Assembly (NCBI GenBank): GCA_030651375.1
Contig: JAUSFM010000006.1
Coordinates: forward strand, 12,646 to 76,645
DNA: 64,000 nucleotides
Source of the DNA: Candidatus Woesearchaeota archaeon
GTDB lineage: Archaea > Nanobdellota > Nanobdellia > Woesearchaeales > UBA12501
Reading direction: 5' to 3'
Below, piece by piece: positions 1-9,605 of the stretch. The notes below the pieces were generated by a model. The model ran no database searches. It had not been told where the DNA came from and was given only the letters and a program-made list of their open reading frames with translations. A program made the position numbers and the translations under genes. The stretch's first letter is position 1. Each line of letters opens with the position of its first letter.

Positions 1-258
1 CAACTTTTTCTGCAGTTCCATTGCCTTCGCGGGGTCTTTTTTGCTTGTTTCCTTAATCTCCTTTTGCAGTGCCTTGGTCTTTTCACGGATTTCGCGCATA
101 CGCTCCTGATTTGTCACAAGTTTGTACACCAGCGTGGTCAATGCTGAAATTACCAGGGAAATGATAAACAATGCCCAAAACGGGCCGAGCTTCAGAAGGG
201 GGAGAAGTACCGGGTCAAGAATACTTCCAACCATTGTTCCCAGTGCTTCAAATACCAT
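1..258 (-). CDS. DUF106/EMC3-like membrane insertase (archaeal YidC-like), N-terminal part; continues past left edge
   Basis: Absent from the ORF track because no stop lies in the window. ATG at 258, 2 nt after the secY stop. Translation MVFEALGTMVGSILDPVLLPLLKLGPFWALFIISLVISALTTLVYKLVTNQERMREIREKTKALQKEIKE is a TM helix followed by a K/E coiled coil. The position downstream of secY is typical for archaea. Confidence 0.55.
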   Translation of the reverse strand, partial: MVFEALGTMVGSILDPVLLPLLKLGPFWALFIISLVISALTTLVYKLVTNQERMREIREKTKALQKEIKETSKKDPAKAMELQKKL

Positions 259-260
259 TG

Positions 261-1670
261 TTAGATGTCCATCATTTTTTTCATCATCGGATGCATATCA
301 TACATATGCTGTTTTGCAATGTCTTCATACAGCCGATACACAATCATAATCGAGAGGAGCAAGGATGTGCCGTTGACCAGCGCACCCATAACGTCAGCAA
401 CACCGGCGAGGAATCCAATTGATAGGCCACCCATAATTGTTAATGGTCCAATATACCTTTGCAGGATACGCTCCATAATTCGCGGGTCCTGGCGGAAACC
501 AGGAATACTAAGCCCTGACTTTAGAATCTGCTTTGCCTGGCTGTTCGCGTCCATGCCTGAGGTTTGCACCCAAAAATAGGAAAAGATGGTTGCGCCAATC
601 ATCAATATAAGGATATAAAATACTGCAACCGCAATTAATCCTCCGGTTACCGTGCCCTTAATAACTGCATCAAGAATGTTCGGGGGTGACAGCCACATGA
701 CCAATCCTGTTGCAGGGCTGTTTCCCACAAACGTGCCCAGAAATGGATGCCCCCAATTTTGGAGTAGCCGTGCCCAAAGTTGTATGTTTGCCAGAAGTGC
801 TGCAATTAAAATAACCGGAATGTTGCTCGTGTACATAAAATTGAGCGGCCAGCGGATTGCATGCCCGCGCACACGGCCAAAGGAAAGTGGAATCTCAACC
901 TTCATTGATTGCCCATACACTGCCATACAAAAAATGACTGCAGTTGTTGCAATGGTTGCCAAGGCAAGCGCCGCACCGACCGGGTTTGCCGTCAGCAAGG
1001 AGTGGAACAATTCCAATAATTTTCCAATCGGTGCTTCAGTGCCGAATGGCCAGCCCATTGATCCTGACGTCGTAAATGGGGAAAATAGGCGGATAAAAAG
1101 TTGTTTGGCAACACCCGCAGCGATAAACAAACTAATACCGGAGCCAAAGCCCCATTTGCTTACCACTTCATCCATAAACATGATAAGCATGCCGCCGATA
1201 AACAGCTGGAATACAATCAAGAGCTCGAGCCAAAAATAAAGTGCCGTACCTGCATGTTGTGCCGGTGGTGCAAGGCCGCCCATAAAAACATAAATACATG
1301 CTTCAAAGATAACGAAAAAAATCGCTGTACATTTCTGCACGGCCTGAAAGTTTTTCTTTCCTTCCGGCGTGCTTGTGTCAAACTTTATCAGGCCGGAACC
1401 GTTCAGCAACTGGATAACGATAGATGCAGTGACCAGCGGGCCAATTCCCAGTGAGATAATTGAGCCGAATTCTGCGCCGAGAATCAGGGATAAAAATTCA
1501 AACTGTTCCAGCGCATTTGCGCCGAGCCCAAACAAGCTGACCATACCCAACACAAAGAAAAGTACCAGCGTGAGCAGTGTCCATTTCATCTTTTCCTTAA
1601 ATCCCAGTTTTCGTTGGGAAGGCCCACCTACCTCGGGGAGGTATGCTGCAAGCGTCTTGATGAATGACAT
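261..1670 (-). CDS. secY: Preprotein translocase subunit SecY
   Basis: Ten-TM protein at the end of the r-protein operon with SecY-like sequence throughout. Start moved to ATG 1670 (MSFIKTLAAYLPEV) because the upstream part of the ORF overlaps uL15. Confidence 0.9.
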   Translation of the reverse strand: MSFIKTLAAYLPEVGGPSQRKLGFKEKMKWTLLTLVLFFVLGMVSLFGLGANALEQFEFLSLILGAEFGSIISLGIGPLVTASIVIQLLNGSGLIKFDTSTPEGKKNFQAVQKCTAIFFVIFEACIYVFMGGLAPPAQHAGTALYFWLELLIVFQLFIGGMLIMFMDEVVSKWGFGSGISLFIAAGVAKQLFIRLFSPFTTSGSMGWPFGTEAPIGKLLELFHSLLTANPVGAALALATIATTAVIFCMAVYGQSMKVEIPLSFGRVRGHAIRWPLNFMYTSNIPVILIAALLANIQLWARLLQNWGHPFLGTFVGNSPATGLVMWLSPPNILDAVIKGTVTGGLIAVAVFYILILMIGATIFSYFWVQTSGMDANSQAKQILKSGLSIPGFRQDPRIMERILQRYIGPLTIMGGLSIGFLAGVADVMGALVNGTSLLLSIMIVYRLYEDIAKQHMYDMHPMMKKMMDI

Positions 1671-1710
1671 GGGTGGACTAACCTGTTTATCCTTTTTTAA
1701 TCTTCTGTTT

Positions 1711-2199
1711 CTATTCTGATTTTTCTGATGCAGATTCGCCGCCTGCATCTGCTGATGAATTAAGAACGATAAGCTTTCCGCCGGCTTTTTCAACTTTTTC
1801 ACGAACTTTTGCTGACGCATATTCTGTCGTTAATGCCCATTTTTTCGTGACATGCCCTGCGCTCAACACTTTATTGTATCCTGCTTTTTTCAGGTCAACT
1901 TCAATAACACCGCCTTTTTCCTGCGCTGTTCCTGCTGCCTGAAGTGCTGGCAGGTGGGTTTCAATCCAGCCAAGGTTGACTGCAGTAATGATAGATCTAT
2001 TTTTCTTTTTGAATCCGTGCTTGCCAAAGACAATGCCCAACTTAAGCATGGATGGCTTTTTTTGGTCTGCACGCTTTCCTGAGCCGGCACGGCCAACGCC
2101 GCCACGGTGGCCTGAGCCACGCCGCTTTTTCTTTGAGCCGCCGCCATGCGCTTTGCTGCCGCGGTATGCCCGTACTTTTCTTCGTTTGTTAACCGTCAT
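1711..2199 (-). CDS. rpl15: Ribosomal protein uL15
   Basis: G/R/K-rich N-terminus (GGGSKKKRRGSGHRGGVGRAGSGKR) and operon position. Confidence 0.9.
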   Translation of the reverse strand: MTVNKRRKVRAYRGSKAHGGGSKKKRRGSGHRGGVGRAGSGKRADQKKPSMLKLGIVFGKHGFKKKNRSIITAVNLGWIETHLPALQAAGTAQEKGGVIEVDLKKAGYNKVLSAGHVTKKWALTTEYASAKVREKVEKAGGKLIVLNSSADAGGESASEKSE

Positions 2200-2226
2200 T
2201 GTTTCATCTCAATAATGTTCTGATTT

Positions 2227-2598
2227 TCATATCATACGTTGCAGGAGTTCGTTAATCTTTTCACGACGCTCACCCAGCGCCCCACCAACGACAAAACTTC
2301 GTTTGATTCCTTTTCTTCCATGTCCCTTGCGAGGTGGCGCAAGGAAAAACACATTCTCATGCTTTGAAGCACGTTTTGTGCGTAGGAGCGTTTCTGTTTC
2401 TGCATCGGGGATTCCCCACGTGACATAATCCTTCACTTTTCTCAGCATACCGCGAAGCACCTGCGAGTCATTGTAGATGACGCACACATGTTTCTTGCGC
2501 AGGCGAAGCATGTCGAGCGTTGAACGTATCTGGCCGTTCAGGTTTACATCGCCGCGGATGCGGACGACAACCACTTTGGATGATGCGTCTTTTGTCAT
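2227..2598 (-). CDS. rpl30: Ribosomal protein uL30
   Basis: VVVVRIRGDVNLNGQIRSTLDMLRLRKKH motif and operon position. Confidence 0.9.
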   Translation of the reverse strand: MTKDASSKVVVVRIRGDVNLNGQIRSTLDMLRLRKKHVCVIYNDSQVLRGMLRKVKDYVTWGIPDAETETLLRTKRASKHENVFFLAPPRKGHGRKGIKRSFVVGGALGERREKINELLQRMI

Positions 2599-2633
2599 GA
2601 GGATTCCTGCGTTGTTTTTGTTCTTTTATTTTT

Positions 2634-3539
2634 TTATTCCACCACTGCGGGTTCAGCAGGTGTTTCATATACACCAGTCGCACCTGCAGGGCCATCAACA
2701 ATGCCCAGTGTTTCAATATGCACCGGCAGTGTTTTCGTCTTCATAAGCTGCTCGAGCGCATCCATACAGGCGAGGATGAGATTTGCCTTCGTGCCAACGT
2801 TTCCAAACGTCTTGGTCCAGACATCCTTGATGCCTGCAAGCCGCAGTATCTTCTGGCACTCTTTTTCAGCGATGAGCCCTTTACCTTTTGGCGCTGGGAT
2901 GAGCTTGACGCGGACTGAGCCGCAGCTGCCGACAACCGTATACGGTACGCTGTGCGGCTGGCGGCAATTGCATTGCCATGAGCCACAGCCACGTCGAATC
3001 ATGCGGATGTTGAGGCGTGCATTTCTAAATGCTTTTTCACGTGCAGGCACGGTCTCTTTTGCCTTGCCCTTGCCGAGGCCCACAAATCCATTGCGGTTGC
3101 CGACAACCGCGTACGCGGAAAATTTCGGCTTGTTTCCTTCCATTGTTTTTTTCTGGGTTTGCTTAAACACACGCCGCTGTCCGCCGCCAAATTTCCCTTT
3201 TGCTTGGCCGACGAGGAGTAGGTCTGTTTCAGCGCCGGGCATGAGTGCGTCAATTATCTGTGATTCCTGCACTCTGCCGCCCTGCTCAAAAATTTGTTTA
3301 AGGTCAGTAAGCTGGCCCGCTTTAACTTTCTTGCCTATCTCTGTTTTTGGCGTCCATGACTCTATTTCTTTGGTGCTTGCTGCAGGAATGACTATTGCAG
3401 CTTCAGGATCAACAATGACTGGTGCTGGCTCTTTTTCCTTTTCCACGGTTATTTCCGGTATCTCAACTATGTCTTCCGGTGCCGCAGCTTCAGGAGCTGC
3501 TTGTTGTGCTTGTTTTGGTTCTTTCTTCGTGCGTGCCAT
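2634..3539 (-). CDS. rps5: Ribosomal protein uS5 with about 65-aa A/P/E-rich N-terminal extension
   Basis: Core VVGNRNGFVGLGKGKAKETVPAREKAFRNARLN. First ATG is 3539; the track start at 3548 is GTG. Confidence 0.9.
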   Translation of the reverse strand: MARTKKEPKQAQQAAPEAAAPEDIVEIPEITVEKEKEPAPVIVDPEAAIVIPAASTKEIESWTPKTEIGKKVKAGQLTDLKQIFEQGGRVQESQIIDALMPGAETDLLLVGQAKGKFGGGQRRVFKQTQKKTMEGNKPKFSAYAVVGNRNGFVGLGKGKAKETVPAREKAFRNARLNIRMIRRGCGSWQCNCRQPHSVPYTVVGSCGSVRVKLIPAPKGKGLIAEKECQKILRLAGIKDVWTKTFGNVGTKANLILACMDALEQLMKTKTLPVHIETLGIVDGPAGATGVYETPAEPAVVE

Positions 3540-3560
3540 AGGTTTCACATAAGTAGTTGA

Positions 3561-4139
3561 TTATTGTTTGAGCAATTTTGCTTTTATTTCTTGACATCGT
3601 TTCGGCATATCCTCAGGATTGAGCCCTTTTTTGATGTAGCCGGAAAACTGTTTTTCATAGCGTGATCGTTCTGCTTTTATCTTTTTACTATACTCGCTGA
3701 TATGCTCTCCATTCACCCGTTTCTCATCCGGCAGCACTTCGTCAGCAACAGGCACATGCACGCCTGCATCTTTTACTCCTTTGACGACAGTATACAAGAC
3801 GGATCTCTTGACTGGTTTTCCCAATCCAAGGTCAGGAATGAGTGTGGTTATTTTTGCCTTTTTTGCTTTTGCACCCATGAGCAATCCCAGCAGGTATGCT
3901 GCGGGCTGGTTGGTATTCCCATAGGTCCAGCCATGCGCTGCAAGCTCGCGCGTGTGCGCTGATGCAAGGACACGGTCGCCTTCCGGGCTAAATGAAACTG
4001 CTTGCGCAGCAATGTGCTTGAGCGATACGCGAATCACGAGGCGCGGTGTGCGCGATTTCAGGAGCTTGAGCCGTCTCCGGTAATCAGTTTTCCCTGCTCC
4101 TTTGCGCCGGTACGGCACGGTTCGTATTTTTGAGGTCAT
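3561..4139 (-). CDS. rpl18: Ribosomal protein uL18
   Basis: PYRRKGAGKTDYRRRLKLL N-terminus and operon position. Confidence 0.9.
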   Translation of the reverse strand: MTSKIRTVPYRRKGAGKTDYRRRLKLLKSRTPRLVIRVSLKHIAAQAVSFSPEGDRVLASAHTRELAAHGWTYGNTNQPAAYLLGLLMGAKAKKAKITTLIPDLGLGKPVKRSVLYTVVKGVKDAGVHVPVADEVLPDEKRVNGEHISEYSKKIKAERSRYEKQFSGYIKKGLNPEDMPKRCQEIKAKLLKQ

Positions 4140-4174
4140 GGTGCTTCTCGGTATTTTATTTATTCATTATTTCT

Positions 4175-4666
4175 TTATTTGTTCACTTTTTTTGCTTCTT
4201 TTTCTTTTGCTGTCTCTTTTTTTATAAACAGGTTGTTCTCTTCCAAAAACAGCGCAAGGTGGCGCTTGCTTCTGTATGAACCACCCTTTGCGCGGCCGTA
4301 CATGGTTCGATATGTTTCTTGAGTAATGCGTGCATAGTCTTTCAGCTCTTTCAAAAACAGGCGTTGGAGTCTGATCCTATTTATCCATGCTTCTTTGGGA
4401 TGCGTACGCGCAGTCTTCCTGCCTCGACGGCTTCCAAACCCTTTCTGCCGCCCTTTTTGGCGCTGGGATTTTCGCTTTCGTGCGCGGCCGCGTGAGCGTG
4501 GCTCATCCGGCTTTTGCTGGATTTTGCCTGCAACAATAAGGCCGCGGATATCAGCCGAGGTGATTGCTTCCTTTATCTTTTCCAAATAGGCTGGGTCAAA
4601 CCAGACCTTTTTCGGGGAGCATCCCAACACTGCTGCTGCCAATCGGCGCTGGACGGTAAAATGCAT
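4175..4666 (-). CDS. rpl19e: Ribosomal protein eL19
   Basis: QRRLAAAVLGCSPKKVWFDP motif. ATG at 4666; an alternative GTG lies at 4675. Confidence 0.88.
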   Translation of the reverse strand: MHFTVQRRLAAAVLGCSPKKVWFDPAYLEKIKEAITSADIRGLIVAGKIQQKPDEPRSRGRARKRKSQRQKGRQKGFGSRRGRKTARTHPKEAWINRIRLQRLFLKELKDYARITQETYRTMYGRAKGGSYRSKRHLALFLEENNLFIKKETAKEKEAKKVNK

Positions 4667-4675
4667 GGGTATCAC

Positions 4676-5266
4676 TTAGTTTGTGTGCGTTAAAATCTGG
4701 TCAATTTCTTTTTTTTCTTGTTTTTTTCGCTCTTCTTCACTCACTTCTTCAGCAGGATCTTTTTTTTCTGCCGCCTTTTCCTTTGCCTTTTGTTCGCCTT
4801 CTTTCTTCTTTTTCTCTTTTTCAGAGAAAAGCAGTCGGCGGTCATCCTGGCGTTTTTTCATTCCCGCAGCAACTTCAGCGATGAAGTTCTGAGGATTTTT
4901 GAGTGAAAGCGTAAGGCCTTTTTTCATGGCTGCTTCAACAAGCTGCACTCTTTTTTTAGTGCCGACTCCTGCGGCAACAATCACGACGTGCTCTTTTGTT
5001 GCTCGTGCAAGTCCATTTATGTTTTCAATAACAAGTGGTATCCTACCTGCTTGGTCGCGTCCACTAACTGCCCGAGGAGCGCCATACCCAGTTGAAGGAG
5101 GATTTATGTGGCCCTTTCTTTTTTCACGAATCTTCGATTGGTGGCCGCGTGCACGCCGCCATTTTCCCTTCACGCGCGTCTTTCTTTTTTTATCCTGCCG
5201 CAGGAAAAAGGGCTTACGCAGTTTCAGCCGCTTTCTTGTTTCCAACAGTTTTTTGATGTCTGCCAT
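4676..5266 (-). CDS. rpl32e: Ribosomal protein eL32 with K/E-rich C-terminal tail
   Basis: FLRQDKKRKTRVKGKWRRARGHQSKIR motif and operon position. Confidence 0.88.
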   Translation of the reverse strand: MADIKKLLETRKRLKLRKPFFLRQDKKRKTRVKGKWRRARGHQSKIREKRKGHINPPSTGYGAPRAVSGRDQAGRIPLVIENINGLARATKEHVVIVAAGVGTKKRVQLVEAAMKKGLTLSLKNPQNFIAEVAAGMKKRQDDRRLLFSEKEKKKKEGEQKAKEKAAEKKDPAEEVSEEERKKQEKKEIDQILTHTN

Positions 5267-5311
5267 GGTTTGTTTGTGCGTTTTTATTTTTCGTTTCTAC
5301 TTTTTTTGTTT

Positions 5312-5863
5312 TTATTCAATCGCTTTTCCATCTTTTGTCGTTATGTAAATACCGTCTTGAAAGATGCGGCGGTCACGATTTTTTACAACAGTGAGTTTTT
5401 CAATGTTTGCTGCGCATTGGCTTACCGGTTCGATTGCGGCTCCCTCAACAACTACTTCCTGCCCCTCTACCTTTACTTTGATGGATGAATCAAATTTCAG
5501 TATGCGTGGGTTTTTTTCACCCAAAAAGTTTTTGACACTGAATTCAGTTGCTCCTGCAGTAACAGTCATGGGAAAATGGCCTGAGCATATCTTGAGCCGG
5601 TACTCGTGGCCTTCGGCTGCTCCCCGCAGCATGTTTGCAATGTGTGAGTCGATCGTGTTTATCATTTTCTTTTCGCGCGCCGTCGCCTGGCTGCTGTGAA
5701 TAATAACCTTGTTGTTCTCACTGCGTATCTTGATGTACGGGTGTTTCCATTCACGGGTAATTTCTCCCTTCGGTCCTTTGACCGTGACGCGCGATTCGTG
5801 TGCAACCTGCGCAGTAATACCTGCAGGAATGTCCAGTTCCGTGGTAAGGGTTGTTTTTTTCAT
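5312..5863 (-). CDS. rpl6: Ribosomal protein uL6
   Basis: Two-domain uL6-like sequence and operon position. Confidence 0.9.
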   Translation of the reverse strand: MKKTTLTTELDIPAGITAQVAHESRVTVKGPKGEITREWKHPYIKIRSENNKVIIHSSQATAREKKMINTIDSHIANMLRGAAEGHEYRLKICSGHFPMTVTAGATEFSVKNFLGEKNPRILKFDSSIKVKVEGQEVVVEGAAIEPVSQCAANIEKLTVVKNRDRRIFQDGIYITTKDGKAIE

Positions 5864-5885
5864 GGTTGTTTGTTTTTAGTAACAT

Positions 5886-6275
5886 TTAGTAACAGTAGGA
5901 GACCATTTTTCCGCCGAGGCGCTTTGTTTTTGCATCGGCATGGCTCATCATTCCCTGGCTCGTTGAAACAATAATGATCCCGAAATCCCGCGCTGGGAGG
6001 AAACGCTTCTCAAATTTTTCATATTCTTTCATTGTGATTGGAAAGCGCGGCTTAATAGCGGCACAAATATTTATCTTGCCGAGTAAATGCACGACAAGGC
6101 TGCCACCACGAGCATCGGCCTTCTCTTCCCACGAGCCAATGTAGTGCTTCTCCTGCATGATCTTAAGCACCGTTTTGATTATGCGTGAAACAGGGCGAAT
6201 CGTGCAGGTCATCCTGCCGATTTTTTCAGCATTGTTGATGGCTGCCAGCGCACTGGCCAGAGTATCGTTTTGCAT
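5886..6275 (-). CDS. rps8: Ribosomal protein uS8
   Basis: DTLASALAAINNAEKIG N-terminus and operon position. Confidence 0.9.
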   Translation of the reverse strand: MQNDTLASALAAINNAEKIGRMTCTIRPVSRIIKTVLKIMQEKHYIGSWEEKADARGGSLVVHLLGKINICAAIKPRFPITMKEYEKFEKRFLPARDFGIIIVSTSQGMMSHADAKTKRLGGKMVSYCY

Positions 6276-6290
6276 TCAGTTCACCATTCG

Positions 6291-6521
6291 TTAATTGTAT
6301 TTTTTGAATCCAAGGTTCCGTGCAACTTCGCGGAAGCATTGTCGGCACAGGTCAAGCCCGTACTTGTTTATGTGAGCGCGAATGCGGCCGCATCGCCGGC
6401 AGCGGTGGAGCGAAATGCCACAGCTTCGTGTCCGGGGCGCATTATGCTTTTTGTATTTTTTCAGCTTTATCGGCTTTGCCTTCAGCTGTTTGAATACCTT
6501 TTTGTAATTACTGTACGTCAT
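6291..6521 (-). CDS. rps14: Ribosomal protein uS14 (zinc type)
   Basis: [25 protein letters not shown] zinc-ribbon motif. Confidence 0.9.
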   Translation of the reverse strand: MTYSNYKKVFKQLKAKPIKLKKYKKHNAPRTRSCGISLHRCRRCGRIRAHINKYGLDLCRQCFREVARNLGFKKYN

Positions 6522-7033
6522 TCTTCGTCACCAATCCGCACCTTAAACTGGCTCTGGAAAAAACCAACAGCTTCTTCTCGTGTGATGCGGTGTTTTTTTC
6601 CAATTAATTTCTTGTCCGAGCGCCGCTTGATGCGGAAGCCCGGCCGTTCGAGTGTCACGCAGACCTGGAGACCCATAATGCCAATTTCCGGGTCATACTT
6701 AATCCCACCAATGTCAATATACTCGTGAATGCCAAATGACACATTGCCATGCTCGTCAAAATTCTGCAGCCCCAACGCGTTCGTCTTTGCCTCAAGCAGG
6801 CGCGGCAGAAGCTCGACTGCTTTTTTCTTGCGCAGCGTTATTTTGCAGCCAATCGGCAGGCCAGGACGGAGCCCCCATGCAGGCAACCGTTTCTGCGTTA
6901 CCGTTGTTATCGGCGTGCCGCTCGTAATATTCTTGAGGAGTTTCAGCCCTTTTTTGAGCACTTCCTGATTCTTTCCTGCACCTATATTCAGCGTCAGTTT
7001 CTCAATCCGGAGTGTGCGCATAGGATTATTCAT
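6518..7033 (-). CDS. rpl5: Ribosomal protein uL5
   Basis: [19 protein letters not shown]-terminus and operon position. Confidence 0.9.
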   Translation of the reverse strand: MNNPMRTLRIEKLTLNIGAGKNQEVLKKGLKLLKNITSGTPITTVTQKRLPAWGLRPGLPIGCKITLRKKKAVELLPRLLEAKTNALGLQNFDEHGNVSFGIHEYIDIGGIKYDPEIGIMGLQVCVTLERPGFRIKRRSDKKLIGKKHRITREEAVGFFQSQFKVRIGDEE

Positions 7034-7745
7034 GAGTTTCCTCGGGGAGTGTTATTTCGGTTTTTTCCGCGCCAATAACCACGGCGTACCGCTGCGCGGT
7101 TTCTGCTTTTGCTTTGCCCTTCAGTGTGGTAAATCCTATGACTCCATCGCGAACAGCATCAAGCGTTGCCGCCATTCCCATCGACTTGCCGCCGATGAAA
7201 AACAGCGTGCATCCTGTTTTGAACGGAAGGTGAGCCTGTATTTTTTTTGTTGAGCGGTTAAACAGTACACTGTCGCCGCAGCGGTACTGGGCCGCTTCTT
7301 TTTTTGGGACCAGAATGTTTCTGCCATTGTCGCCATTGATCTGGCAATTGTTTTTGTCAACATCATTTTTGCCGACAATTCGTACAAGGTTGAGCTGTTT
7401 TTCTTTTTCAGGAATTTTGACGGCAATCAAGCGCCCATGCGTATCAAGAAACATGCGGTAGCACTCTTTCAAATCAGGAATTTCAACAACGTCAAACAGC
7501 CCGACAGGAATTTTCTCATCGCGAACTCTGTTGCCATTGATAAGTACTTGTTTGTTATGGATGATGTACTTCACTTCTTTTTGGGTGTTGGCACATTTGA
7601 TGATGCCTTTCATGAATAGGGCGATAGGGAGTGCGTACTGTTTAGGCTGGCCGCTGGGCAATGCACGAACCGTGAATACCTCTTTCTTGCGGACAAGAGG
7701 CCATGATTTCGGTGCTGATATACTTTTTTGGTGGTATTTTACCAT
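7026..7745 (-). CDS. rps4e: Ribosomal protein eS4
   Basis: KSISAPKSWPLVRKKEVFTVRALPSG motif and operon position. Confidence 0.9.
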   Translation of the reverse strand: MVKYHQKSISAPKSWPLVRKKEVFTVRALPSGQPKQYALPIALFMKGIIKCANTQKEVKYIIHNKQVLINGNRVRDEKIPVGLFDVVEIPDLKECYRMFLDTHGRLIAVKIPEKEKQLNLVRIVGKNDVDKNNCQINGDNGRNILVPKKEAAQYRCGDSVLFNRSTKKIQAHLPFKTGCTLFFIGGKSMGMAATLDAVRDGVIGFTTLKGKAKAETAQRYAVVIGAEKTEITLPEETHE

Positions 7746-7765
7746 TGCGTTTTCTCCTTATTGTT

Positions 7766-8143
7766 TTAGTGTTTCAATTGTTCTTCCCGGCGCTTGTCGC
7801 TCAGGTTTAATTCAGTGATGAGGATTTTTGAGGGATTGACACCTCGTGGTTTTTGGGTGCCGTCCTTGCGCGTCACGCTGATTCCGGTTATGTACACGCA
7901 CTCTTTTGTGTAACTGACCTGATCCACCTTTCCCGTTTTTCCTTTGCTTGAGCCGCGAAGCACACGCACGGTGTCGCCTTGATGCACGGTTGCTGCGTTG
8001 GTGTTATACTTCTTTTTCAATTCCTTTGCGAGCGGGCTTTGCATGCGTTTTTTCCGGAGGTGCAGGGGCAGGTTTGCACGGTACTTACGCTGCTTGCGTG
8101 GCTTCGTTGATGCCTTCCATGCCGATGACCAGGTTTTTTCCAT
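7766..8143 (-). CDS. rpl24: Ribosomal protein uL24
   Basis: KOW motif VHQGDTVRVLRGSSKGKTGKV. Start moved to ATG 8143 because the upstream part overlaps uL14. Confidence 0.88.
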   Translation of the reverse strand: MEKTWSSAWKASTKPRKQRKYRANLPLHLRKKRMQSPLAKELKKKYNTNAATVHQGDTVRVLRGSSKGKTGKVDQVSYTKECVYITGISVTRKDGTQKPRGVNPSKILITELNLSDKRREEQLKH

Positions 8144-8157
8144 GTTCTTACACTCAT

Positions 8158-8559
8158 CTATACAATCACACTGGCAAGTTTTGCAATTGCCGGCCAGCGG
8201 TCGCATGCTTCTTTTGCAATTGGGCCCTTGAGCAGGGTTCCCTTAGGATTTCCTTTGTCGTCTTTAAGGATAACAATTGAGTTGTCTTCAAACATGATGT
8301 GCATGCCATCCGGCCGGCGGTACTGCTTTTTCTGGCGCACAATAACACCGAATGCGGTCTTCTTTCGCATGTCCGGCTTTCCTTTTTTGACCGAGACTTG
8401 TACCAGGTCGCCAACGCCTGCTGACTGGATGCGCCCGCGCCGTGTCTTGTGGCCTCTGACGGAAAACATTCGCACTTGTTTGGCGCCGGAATTATCACAG
8501 GGCTCCATATAGGTGCCGACTGGAATTCCCCGTGTGACATTTGCTTTATGTGCTTGCAT
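8158..8559 (-). CDS. rpl14: Ribosomal protein uL14
   Basis: CDNSGAKQVRMFSVRGHK motif. Confidence 0.92.
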   Translation of the reverse strand: MQAHKANVTRGIPVGTYMEPCDNSGAKQVRMFSVRGHKTRRGRIQSAGVGDLVQVSVKKGKPDMRKKTAFGVIVRQKKQYRRPDGMHIMFEDNSIVILKDDKGNPKGTLLKGPIAKEACDRWPAIAKLASVIV

Positions 8560-8561
8560 GA

Positions 8562-8996
8562 TTATTCATCCCGTTTCTGTTTTGCTGCTTTTTCTTTTGA
8601 TTCCTTTGCTTTTTTTTCCTGCGCAGCAACTGCCGTGACGTCTTCACCGCGTATCTTGTTCTCTGCGCCGAGATTCTGGATAACCACAAAGTTTTTGGTC
8701 TTGCTTATTGGCCGTGTTTCAATGATCTTGACACTATCACCTTCGCGTGCTGGAATGCATGTTGGAAGATGCGCGTGTATCTTGGTCCGCCGCATTTCAT
8801 ACCGCTCATATTTTGGCAGGTAGTACCGGCGGTCCCAAGTGATGGTTGCTGTTTTTTGTGCTTTGTTGGCAACCACGGTTCCGACGAACATTCTCTTTTT
8901 TACGCTGAGCTGTCCATGGAATGGGCATTTCTTGTCGCTGCACGCTGTTGGCGTTCCCTGCATTCCGAAGATTGTTTTGCTTTTCATGGTGATCAT
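8562..8996 (-). CDS. rps17: Ribosomal protein uS17
   Basis: CSDKKCPFHGQLSVKKRMFVGTVV motif, plus a K/E-rich tail. Confidence 0.9.
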   Translation of the reverse strand: MITMKSKTIFGMQGTPTACSDKKCPFHGQLSVKKRMFVGTVVANKAQKTATITWDRRYYLPKYERYEMRRTKIHAHLPTCIPAREGDSVKIIETRPISKTKNFVVIQNLGAENKIRGEDVTAVAAQEKKAKESKEKAAKQKRDE

Positions 8997-9045
8997 TTTT
9001 TTGGTAGTGGTATTCTTTTCATGTTTTTCTTTTTTTACGTTGGTA

Positions 9046-9357
9046 TCACATTTCTATGTCAATCATCTCTTGTGGGAAACCCAGTTTGGTGAGCACGGCC
9101 TTTGCTTTGCTCTTATGGTTGCCTTGCAGTTCGATGCGGTTGTCCTTGATAGTTCCTCCGCACGCAAATGAGTTCTTGAGTTTTTTTATCAAGTCTTTCT
9201 CATCAAGGTCTTTGAGGTCAATGCCAGTAATCATGGTGTATTGTTTTCCGAACTTTCGTTTTTCAATGCAGACGGTTATGCGTTGGCTTTCTTTCGCTAT
9301 GGTCTCGCATACGCAGAGCTCTTTAGGCAATCCACACGTGCTGCAAATCTCACTCAT
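9046..9357 (-). CDS. sui1: Translation initiation factor aSUI1/eIF1
   Basis: N-terminal CxxC..CxC knuckle followed by FGKQYTMITGID and LKNSFACGGTIKDNRIELQG. Confidence 0.88.
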   Translation of the reverse strand: MSEICSTCGLPKELCVCETIAKESQRITVCIEKRKFGKQYTMITGIDLKDLDEKDLIKKLKNSFACGGTIKDNRIELQGNHKSKAKAVLTKLGFPQEMIDIEM

Positions 9358-9595
9358 GCTTGGTCATCACCTTGGTTTGTTTATGTTCATTTCGTTCGTT
9401 TCCTTTTCTCTGTTGGGTGAGCGTGAGTATCCGTGCAATGGCGCGCCGGTTATTGCGCACAGCGTACGGGTTTTTCTGGCTGGCGCCTGTTGCGGTCTGG
9501 CCGCGAAGCTTCACAAGCTCCTTTTCGAGCTCAGTCTTTCGTTTGGCAAGGTCGCCTGCGTTTAGTGCAATCAAATTTTTGTATGCTTTGGTCAT
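9350..9595 (-). CDS. rpl29: Ribosomal protein uL29
   Basis: LAKRKTELEKELVKLRGQTATG motif. Start moved to ATG 9595; the upstream part of the ORF overlaps uS3. Confidence 0.85.
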   Translation of the reverse strand: MTKAYKNLIALNAGDLAKRKTELEKELVKLRGQTATGASQKNPYAVRNNRRAIARILTLTQQRKGNERNEHKQTKVMTKHE

Positions 9596-9605
9596 GATAG
9601 TCAAC